From an uncultured Candidatus Saccharibacteria bacterium (GTDB lineage: Bacteria; Patescibacteriota; Andersenbacteria; UBA10190), in the NCBI GenBank assembly GCA_964374055.1, contig CAYJWZ010000002.1, forward strand, positions 1 through 36,380: 36,380 nucleotides of DNA, given 5' to 3'. How positions within the stretch are numbered: position 1 is the first letter of the stretch; each line of letters opens with the position of its first letter. Shown here in pieces: positions 15,136 to 21,928 of this stretch. Position numbers and translations under genes: made by a program. Below the pieces are notes generated by a model. That model had not been told where the DNA came from. It saw only the letters and a program-made list of their open reading frames with translations, and ran no database searches.

Positions 15136-16544
15136 ATCCAGATATAGGGTAAGCCGCCCAGGGAAATTATTTTTTCCGGCGGTTTGTTTTTGTAAAAATT
15201 TAAGATATCAGTTTCCACGGAGTCGGGGTCGCGTTCGAAGAGGGAACGATAGAGCACGACATAGTTGACGTTGTTTTCCTCATGCCGATTGAGGGGGGTA
15301 ACCTCACCTTTGAAGTTGTAGGCAAATTCGGTGGGGTAGGGGGCGGCTACTTTGAGTGACTGGCTGCCCGGCTTGGCATTCAAATAGGCGCCAGCTATAT
15401 CAAATCCTTCGCCCCAGCCGAGACGCCGGTCGCCAAAGAACGGTTTGGTTAGGGGATTTACATAGGCGAGATACTGCGGGTGCAATTGCCACAGGGTAGC
15501 GGCTTGAAACAGCAACCCAGCCGCGAGAATAATAATGGCTGCCTGTCGCCAGCGGGTGCGGAGTAACCAAAAGAAAACAACTACGACCAGGGCATCAAAC
15601 ATTAAAAAAGTGGGCAGGATGTAGCGATCGCCTTTTTTCGGGCTGAGCGTCATTGCGATGACGAACAACAGTGCAAAGAGGGCTAGCCAGGCGGCAGCGT
15701 GACGTTTTTTACTTTTCCAGAAAAAAAACGGGAGCGCGATAACGGCCAGCATGTGCAGAGGGGTTGAAAAGAAAACGAGCGAACGTAGGTAGTAGGTCGG
15801 TGGGGCCGTGCCGCGATCTGGCTCACAGCCGCCCTGGGTGACGCAAGCAGCGATACGGTTAAACGTAGTCGCTGGATGCGTGAAGAATGAGGGTAAAATT
15901 ATGGCCAAACTGATGAGAAAGACGAGCGACCAGATAGCGGTGAGCAGCGCTGTTTTTTTATATTTTTTGGTTCTCCAGGCGAAGACAGCGAGAAACAGTG
16001 CGGTGAAGGGAATGAGAATTATTCCCGGCAATTTGGAGAGAAGAGCGGCGGCCGTGGCAAAAGCCGAGAAATATACATAGCGTTGTTCTTGAGTTTTATT
16101 CCAAAGCAGTAAAAGGCCAACAGCCAGTAAGCAAAAAACCGCCAGTAGAGAATCCATGGCATAGACGCGGGTATGGGCAATGAGTAATGGATTCGTGGCT
16201 AGTAGCGTCGTAAGCAAGACGCTCGGCCATTTGCCCCATAGTTGCCAGAAGACATAGGGGACTAGTAGCAAGAGTACGCTTTGGCCGATGGCGAGTGGCA
16301 CTTTGCGAACCGCCCATGAATTAGAATGGACAGTGATCGCACCAAGCCATTGAGTAGTGATGCCCGGGTGCGGCTTCTGAACCAATTTTTCCCAATGCAG
16401 CGTGGCTAAGCCCTTCGTAAAACCAGCGGTGTTAGCCAGCCACCGCTTTTCATCAGCCGTCATGAAGGCGCCAAGATCAAATAGACGGGGCAGCAAAACA
16501 AGAATGACGAGTCCTGCGATCAGTAGCCAGTGCTGTTTTGACAT
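15120..16544 (-). CDS. GT-C fold glycosyltransferase (PMT_2/ArnT-like), paralog group 1, no C-terminal module
   Basis: LFDLGAFMTADEKRWLANT, HPGITTQWL, KKGDRYILP, PFFGDRRLGWGEGFDIAGAYLN, YVVLYRSL, YIWIY. It overlaps the asnB 3' end by 16 nt (convergent). Confidence 0.8.
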   Translation of the reverse strand: MSKQHWLLIAGLVILVLLPRLFDLGAFMTADEKRWLANTAGFTKGLATLHWEKLVQKPHPGITTQWLGAITVHSNSWAVRKVPLAIGQSVLLLLVPYVFWQLWGKWPSVLLTTLLATNPLLIAHTRVYAMDSLLAVFCLLAVGLLLLWNKTQEQRYVYFSAFATAAALLSKLPGIILIPFTALFLAVFAWRTKKYKKTALLTAIWSLVFLISLAIILPSFFTHPATTFNRIAACVTQGGCEPDRGTAPPTYYLRSLVFFSTPLHMLAVIALPFFFWKSKKRHAAAWLALFALLFVIAMTLSPKKGDRYILPTFLMFDALVVVVFFWLLRTRWRQAAIIILAAGLLFQAATLWQLHPQYLAYVNPLTKPFFGDRRLGWGEGFDIAGAYLNAKPGSQSLKVAAPYPTEFAYNFKGEVTPLNRHEENNVNYVVLYRSLFERDPDSVETDILNFYKNKPPEKIISLGGLPYIWIYAKK

Positions 16545-16550
16545 GTACTA

Positions 16551-16560
16551 AGTATATAAT
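16551..16560. promoter_or_regulatory. back-to-back -10-like hexamers (TATACT on minus, TATAAT on plus) in a 22-nt divergent gap, each 6 nt from its start codon
   Basis: agtatataat read directly. Minus TATACT = 16551-16556 leads to ATG 16544; plus TATAAT = 16555-16560 leads to ATG 16567. Confidence 0.4.
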
Positions 16561-16566
16561 GGTTTT

Positions 16567-17988
16567 ATGTCGAAACGAGTAGTTGTCTGGAGTTTATTCG
16601 TTTTATTTACGCTAACCCAAGTGGCGTATTTGCATCGGGTGCCGGGTTTGATGGGCGATGAGGCCTCCGAGGGAGAAAATGTGTATGAACTGTGGTCGGG
16701 CCAAAAGGCGTGGTTGGAAGGCGAGCGGTCGTATATTGGGCCGGCGATTGATTATGTGCGCATGCCGTTCTTTTTGGTAATTAAACATCCAGTGTTGGCG
16801 TTGCGCAGCGTGACTTTGTTGGCAGCGATTATCTCCTTTTGGTTAGCGATTGTTGTTTTTCGGCGCCTATTCGGCGAACAGGCCGGGTTGCTGGCGGCTA
16901 CAGCTGTACTCTTCTCGCCTGTTTTCATGCTGGAGCAACGGATGGCGTGGGCGATTTCACTCTCGCCATTTTTTGCCTTGCTGACCTTGTATTTTATGCA
17001 ACACCCTCGCTGGTGGGCCCCCGCATTCGCGGGGCTCGCCAGCGGGCTCGGCTTGAGTAATCATATTTTATTTTTGCCAGTGGTGGCTGGTCTTATGGGC
17101 GGAGGGTTGTTTTATTGGTTGAGTGGCCCCGTAAAATCCCGCCGCTGGCGGGATCACGGGGCGACCGCGCTGCTTTGCGCGGTCGGTTTTGCAGCGGCGT
17201 TCGCAACACAGGCTTGGCAGTTGTGGACATCGCCGGCCGGCGATCAAGGTGAGCCGGGCGCTGTGGCTGAATTATTTTGGGATCGTCTACAAGGTCTGCC
17301 GCAATTGATGCCTTTGGTTGTTTCCGGTTCATCGTATGTGGCGCGGTATACGGGCGTGGAGTTTAGTTTGAGTTGGCAATATGGAATTACGGCGCTTGTT
17401 TTGGGTTTAGTGATCGTGGCCGTACTATGGGGGACTAGGGCGGCGCGGCTGTGGTTTTTAGCGACGGTGATCCATCTTAGTGTGTTATTAGTTGTGATTG
17501 ATCGGTTCTCACTGCGCTATTTTGTGCCTACGATGTTGGCTGTGTGGGTGTTGGTCGGGGTAGGGGTGGGAATACTGTGGGAAAAATTTGGCCCCGTAAA
17601 ACTTCGTCACGGGGCTGCGCTGGCGCTGGCTGGCGTTTTATCGCTTTGGGTGGCCTTGGTTGTGTTAATACCATTTTTGCAGACAGGTGGGAGCACGAAT
17701 GATTTTTCGTTGGCCAATCGGACGGATAGTGCCTCGGCGCTGGTTGATGTGCGGCCATTGGTAACCTGTTTGCGCGCCCGCCTGCCGGACGGGCAGGGAC
17801 AGGGTACGGTTACGTCCGAGAGTGTGCATATTTTTAATCGCTTATGGTTTTTGCGCCACTACGAGTCGGAACTTCAGGTTGTGCGGGAGGGTGAGGATTC
17901 GCAGTGGTTGGTGAATTATCGCCTTAGTGACCAACCGGCTGGTGATTTATGCCCGCAACTTACGTACTTTCGGGTAGAGAAACGCTAG
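16567..17988 (+). CDS. GT-C-like polytopic membrane glycosyltransferase (distant PMT_2/ArnT-like)
   Basis: 473 aa with about 11 hydrophobic helices and an acidic first-loop motif PGLMGDEASEGENVY. Weaker family signal than the paralog group. Confidence 0.6.
   Translation: MSKRVVVWSLFVLFTLTQVAYLHRVPGLMGDEASEGENVYELWSGQKAWLEGERSYIGPAIDYVRMPFFLVIKHPVLALRSVTLLAAIISFWLAIVVFRRLFGEQAGLLAATAVLFSPVFMLEQRMAWAISLSPFFALLTLYFMQHPRWWAPAFAGLASGLGLSNHILFLPVVAGLMGGGLFYWLSGPVKSRRWRDHGATALLCAVGFAAAFATQAWQLWTSPAGDQGEPGAVAELFWDRLQGLPQLMPLVVSGSSYVARYTGVEFSLSWQYGITALVLGLVIVAVLWGTRAARLWFLATVIHLSVLLVVIDRFSLRYFVPTMLAVWVLVGVGVGILWEKFGPVKLRHGAALALAGVLSLWVALVVLIPFLQTGGSTNDFSLANRTDSASALVDVRPLVTCLRARLPDGQGQGTVTSESVHIFNRLWFLRHYESELQVVREGEDSQWLVNYRLSDQPAGDLCPQLTYFRVEKR
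17781..17804. repeat. decayed P1-like copy in frame (LPDGQGQG)
   Basis: cctgccggacgggcagggacaggg. It resembles the P1 half-sites but is degenerate. Confidence 0.4.
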
Positions 17989-19761
17989 GGCGATAGTTAT
18001 GAACGTAATAAGGAGGCCCAGCATAAAGCCGGGAGCATAATAGATGAATGTAAGATCGAAAGAGCCGGCTGTGAGGGACGCGCCGGGGCGGCCGGCAATT
18101 GAATGAGCAGCCTGTTTGTTTATTTTCCAACCGTCGGCGTAGTTAGTGTTAATCGTGAGGTCAGTTTTATTGGTGGCTGTGCCGGTAACGTGGACAGTGT
18201 TGGGTGACCAAATGAACTGTTTGATTTGCACGCCTTTTGGTTCGCTGAATTGCAAGATACCGGATGAGCCTTCGTCATGGATTGTCCGGATCATGGATGC
18301 TGGTCCGAGTGGAGGGCAGTAATTTAGAGCGCCGTAGCCGGCTAACACGGCGGCGTAGCTGCGGGTGTATTTCTCGCGATTTGGTGCTTCGAAATCATAG
18401 GTGCGGGCGGTGAACTCGAGTGGCGGTGTAGCGGGCGCGATGGCCGGCAGTACTGGCGGAACAGTAAAAGATTGCAGCGAGAGCGCATTGGCTAGCGTCA
18501 TGAGGTCAACGGCGGCGAGCGCGATCAGGAGATACATAAGCGGTAAACCGAGGCGCTTGATTAGCTGTATACGCGCCAGGCCAAAGCCGGCCAGCAGGCT
18601 CGTGGGCAGGATAGCGAACAAAACAAAGCGGGAAATGTTAGAGCGGGGTAAGAAAGGTGCGGCGTCAAAGAGCGGTTTCAAGATGGGGCCGGCTGAAGCC
18701 AGTAAGAGAGCGGCGATGGTAGCGATGACGAGACCGCGTATGAGCCGGCGGCTCCGATTGAACGCGCCGATGAGAGCCAGCCCGAGAATAATTAGTCCGA
18801 TATAGGCGCCATATTCATGCCAGCCGCTACCCTGGTTGGGCAAGACTTCGCTACCATGCAGATAGCGACCAAGCAAAATTTTATGCAAATAGGGGAGCGT
18901 GTACGTCGAACCGGCGTAAGCGATGTCCTGAAACTGGCGCAGCCACAAGAGAACAGGAATAAGTTTCAGGGCGGCGAAGCCCAGTGCCCACAACCCGGCT
19001 TGGATATTTATTTTCCACGCGTGCCGCCAGTTACCAGTCAGAAATGGCAGGAGTAAAAAAGCGAGACCGGTATACATGAGCAGATAGATACCAGCTTGGT
19101 AAAATGTTATGGCTAAGAACAAACCACATATCATTCCATACCGATCCGCCTTCACCGAGGCTTCGGCGGACCTCGCTCTATAAGAGCTCAACCACGCCCA
19201 AAAGATCCACGGAATCCACATGGCGGCAAAAATATTGACGTGCCCTTCCACGATTTCGAGCAGGTTCACGCTGCTGAACATATAGGCCGTAGCAGTTAGG
19301 AGAGCGGCCAGCACGGGCAATTTTAACTTTTTGCTGATGGCCAGCATGCCCACCCCGCCAACAATCGTTGCTAAAAAGATAGCCAGGCGCACTCCCCTTT
19401 CAATGCCGAAAATTAGTTCGAGCAGAAACGTTGGGGTGAAGATGGGGAATTCCGGGTCCGACAAGCCGGCTGTGCCGCCGCAGGTCACTGGGTTCCAAAA
19501 GGGAAACTGGTGATACTTTAGAATTATTTCTCTATACGTATGGTGGAGCGAGAAGTAGTAATCCCAGTCGGATATCCCCCACTGTTCCGGCGAAAACCAA
19601 AAGCCGCTTAGGGCAACCGGCGTAACAATGACCAGTAGAATACCCGCGGCGATCCATTGTTTTTTTGTGGGTAGCCAATGCAATCCAATTGCGCCAATGA
19701 TGAGGATGGCGGCAGCAAATAAGCCCGATTGGGTGGCGGCCGAAAAGAGGGGAGCGGTCAC
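17947..19761 (-). CDS. YfhO-like GT-C polytopic membrane protein
   Basis: 604 aa, GTG start. First loop WGISDWDYYFSLHH...FPFWNPVTCGG, many TM helices, an extracytoplasmic C-terminal region, then a final TM FMLGLLITFITIALAFLY. The topology resembles the YfhO family, from pattern memory only. Convergent 42-nt overlap with the 16567 gene. Confidence 0.55.
   Translation of the reverse strand: MTAPLFSAATQSGLFAAAILIIGAIGLHWLPTKKQWIAAGILLVIVTPVALSGFWFSPEQWGISDWDYYFSLHHTYREIILKYHQFPFWNPVTCGGTAGLSDPEFPIFTPTFLLELIFGIERGVRLAIFLATIVGGVGMLAISKKLKLPVLAALLTATAYMFSSVNLLEIVEGHVNIFAAMWIPWIFWAWLSSYRARSAEASVKADRYGMICGLFLAITFYQAGIYLLMYTGLAFLLLPFLTGNWRHAWKINIQAGLWALGFAALKLIPVLLWLRQFQDIAYAGSTYTLPYLHKILLGRYLHGSEVLPNQGSGWHEYGAYIGLIILGLALIGAFNRSRRLIRGLVIATIAALLLASAGPILKPLFDAAPFLPRSNISRFVLFAILPTSLLAGFGLARIQLIKRLGLPLMYLLIALAAVDLMTLANALSLQSFTVPPVLPAIAPATPPLEFTARTYDFEAPNREKYTRSYAAVLAGYGALNYCPPLGPASMIRTIHDEGSSGILQFSEPKGVQIKQFIWSPNTVHVTGTATNKTDLTINTNYADGWKINKQAAHSIAGRPGASLTAGSFDLTFIYYAPGFMLGLLITFITIALAFLYPKVRKLRA
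19145..19170. repeat. P4 repeat: CCGCC-N14-GGCGG inverted repeat inside a CDS (encodes SAEASVKAD on the minus strand)
   Basis: tccgcc-ttcaccgaggcttc-ggcgga read directly. Confidence 0.6.
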
Positions 19762-19828
19762 CTCTTTAAAATATAGAAAAACATTGACTATGCATACTAT
19801 TGTGGAATGGTGGAAGTAAGGTTCTTTG

Positions 19829-19897
19829 GTCCCCGGCGCACCGGGCGCGGCCTCCGGGAGGTGGCACTTTACACAGGTTCAACTCCTGTCGGGGACA
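19829..19897 (+). ncRNA. tRNA-like cloverleaf lacking an anticodon loop (candidate small RNA, tRNA relic or cis-regulatory leader)
   Basis: Perfect 7-bp acceptor-like stem GTCCCCG (19829-35) / CGGGGAC (19890-96). A perfect T-arm ACAGG-TTCAACT-CCTGT (19873-89) abuts it, followed by A97. The internal arms are GCGC-ACCGG-GCGC (19836-48) and GCCTCC-GGGA-GGTGGC (19850-65, GNRA loop with a U-U mismatch). At 69 nt it is too short for a canonical tRNA, and it has no 7-nt anticodon loop and no U8. Confidence 0.35.
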
Positions 19898-19907
19898 GTT
19901 TAGTACT

Positions 19908-19944
19908 TTCCCTCGTCCAGCGTGATGAGGGAATTTCTTGTCTT
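19908..19944 (+). terminator. rho-independent terminator-like hairpin downstream of the tRNA-like element
   Basis: ttccctc-(12-nt loop)-gagggaa followed by tttcttgtctt. There is no T-run on the opposite strand. Confidence 0.5.
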
Positions 19945-19975
19945 GTGGCTTATACTGTGGTAGAAGCAAGGCACT

Positions 19976-21928
19976 ATGACGTGGTGGCAGAAGTATCGAT
20001 GGGACATTATGTGGGCGGCGATTATTTTTGTGGCGGCAGCCGTGCCACGACTATTAGATTTGGGAATCTTTTTAACGGCCGATGAGAAGAATTGGATGAT
20101 GCGCGGCTATGAATTTGCGCGGGCGTTTAAGGATGGCCGGTTCAATGACATGCTGCAAACGACGCATCCGGGCGTAACGGTGCTGTGGCTTACCGGCATA
20201 GTTATTTACGCCACACTGTTTTTAAAGCATACGTTGTTTACTAACGACAGTTTACCGATATTTATTTACTCGACACAATTTGCCGTGGCGTTGTTAAACA
20301 CGGCACTCGTGCCGGTGATTTATTTGCTGTTACAGCGCTTGTTTAAAAACCGAGCTATTTCCGTAACCGCGGCGCTGCTGATCGCTTGGAACCCGTGGCT
20401 GGTTGGCTATTCGCGGGTGGTGCACATTGATGCGGTGGTGACCGGCTTCATGTTGGCAGCGGCGCTAAGCTTATTAATTTGGGCACAGGAGGGCTACCCA
20501 CGGCGCTGGCTGGTTTTTTCGGCAGTACTGGCCGCGCTGGCAGTTTTAAGTAAAGCGCCGGCGATATTTTTAATTCCCTATTTTTGGTTAGTTGTACTGG
20601 TGTTTGGTGTTCAACGCTGGCGCCGGCGATTACTGGAGTTTGTTTGGTGGCTGTTGATTATAATTGTTTTGTTTGTGTTGCTATGGCCAGCGATGCTGTG
20701 GGTGCCGGATAAAACTGGTAACGCTCGGGTGTTGAAGCGCGATTACATGGTGGCCGCCACCACACCGCATGATATCAGTGAAAGTTTTAGTACTAACCTG
20801 TGGCACTACCCAGCGACACTGATTACGCGGACGGAGCCGGCGGTACTGCTTCTTTGTTTGGTGCTGGTTGGTTTGTTAATTAGACCCCTACCCCGGCGCT
20901 TCGCGCCGGTACTCCCCCTTCGTAAGGGGGAGAAAAAGATCGAATGGCTACTAGCGGCATATGTTTTTTTCTTTATTGTCATGATGACCATCGGGGCAAA
21001 GAAGGGCGATCGGTATATTTTGCCGATTGCGCCGGTGATGGATATAGTAGCGGTGTTGGGATTAGCCGCGTTGCTCCGCGGCCGAAAATTTATTATAGCA
21101 GCGAGTATTTTAGTTCTCGTTAGCGCGGGCACAGTTATTTACCATCATCCTTATGCTTTAGCATATAGTAACCCATTTTTTCCCAATAATTTGAGCCAAG
21201 AGTTGGGGTGGGGTGAGGGTTTGGAGCAGGTAGGAGCGTGGCTTAACCAACAGGCAGGGAAAAGTAAAGTGGCGTCGTGGTATCCGGACGAGCTGGGGTA
21301 TTTTACAGAGGCGGCTGTGGTACACATCAATGCCCATGAACAGCCGGCCGTGCGCTATATCGTTTTATATCACAATATGTTTGGGCGCCCGGTCGAGCAT
21401 CCGGCTAATAATTTTATTGATGAATATTATAAGAAGTGGAAACCGGTGTTTGTGGCTCACGTTGCTCAAAAAGAATACGCCTGGGTGTATGAGAAGCCGG
21501 TGTTTGATAAGAATGTTGGTGAACTGACATCGGGCCGGGTAGTTAGGCAGACCATTTCAGTACGCGCGCCGCAGTTTATCGGGCTGGAGGTGTTAGCGGC
21601 CACCTATACCGGGCGGGCCACAGAAGGCGAATTGGTCGTGTCGATGAAAGACCTACATGAGTGGCGAGTGCCAGTAAGTAAGCTTAACGACACCGGTTGG
21701 ACACAGCTACTTTTACCAAGGCCGGTTGAGCTCGCCGGACAGGAGTTGACAGTCACTTTTTCAGGTGCGGGAACGAACTTCGGCAATGCACCAACTATTC
21801 GTTCGGGAACGTCTGGATTAGCTATCCGGCAGCTTTTTTCCCGGCCGGCCGGTCAGGCAGGGGTGAACGGCGTGATCGCGAACGAGTACGAGACCAAACT
21901 ATTGGAACAATCAGCAGGCCGAGAGTAA
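19976..21928 (+). CDS. GT-C fold glycosyltransferase (PMT_2/ArnT-like), paralog group 1, with a C-terminal module
   Basis: LLDLGIFLTADEKNWMMRG, HPGVTVLWL, KKGDRYILP, PFFPNNLSQELGWGEGLEQVGAWLN, YIVLYHNM, YAWVYE. The C-terminal module is at about 21539..21838. The last 29 codons start with a P1-like repeat and overlap the convergent gene. Confidence 0.8.
   Translation: MTWWQKYRWDIMWAAIIFVAAAVPRLLDLGIFLTADEKNWMMRGYEFARAFKDGRFNDMLQTTHPGVTVLWLTGIVIYATLFLKHTLFTNDSLPIFIYSTQFAVALLNTALVPVIYLLLQRLFKNRAISVTAALLIAWNPWLVGYSRVVHIDAVVTGFMLAAALSLLIWAQEGYPRRWLVFSAVLAALAVLSKAPAIFLIPYFWLVVLVFGVQRWRRRLLEFVWWLLIIIVLFVLLWPAMLWVPDKTGNARVLKRDYMVAATTPHDISESFSTNLWHYPATLITRTEPAVLLLCLVLVGLLIRPLPRRFAPVLPLRKGEKKIEWLLAAYVFFFIVMMTIGAKKGDRYILPIAPVMDIVAVLGLAALLRGRKFIIAASILVLVSAGTVIYHHPYALAYSNPFFPNNLSQELGWGEGLEQVGAWLNQQAGKSKVASWYPDELGYFTEAAVVHINAHEQPAVRYIVLYHNMFGRPVEHPANNFIDEYYKKWKPVFVAHVAQKEYAWVYEKPVFDKNVGELTSGRVVRQTISVRAPQFIGLEVLAATYTGRATEGELVVSMKDLHEWRVPVSKLNDTGWTQLLLPRPVELAGQELTVTFSGAGTNFGNAPTIRSGTSGLAIRQLFSRPAGQAGVNGVIANEYETKLLEQSAGRE
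20893..20909. repeat. perfect hairpin CCGGCGC-TTC-GCGCCGG in frame in a CDS
   Basis: Read directly. It is part of the extra loop segment PRRFAPVLPLRKGEKK, which is absent from the two paralogs. Confidence 0.8.
20912..20932. repeat. perfect hairpin CTCCCCC-TTCGTAA-GGGGGAG in frame in a CDS
   Basis: Read directly. It lies 2 nt after the previous hairpin and encodes LPLRKGE. Confidence 0.8.

Noticed and set aside
17231-17242. 12-nt palindrome CGCCGGCCGGCG (encoding SPAGD) in the 16567 gene as another P1 relic.
   Set aside because: It is too short and too degenerate to separate from ordinary GC-rich Pro/Ala/Gly coding sequence.
19821-19897. Canonical tRNA gene in the 19762-19975 gap.
   Set aside because: Only 37 nt lie between the acceptor 5' strand and the T-arm. 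There is no U8, no D-loop of normal size, and no 5-bp stem with a 7-nt anticodon loop in any register I tried. An alternative 77-nt register needs three G-U pairs and a mismatch in the acceptor and still lacks D and anticodon arms. It is kept only as a tRNA-like element.
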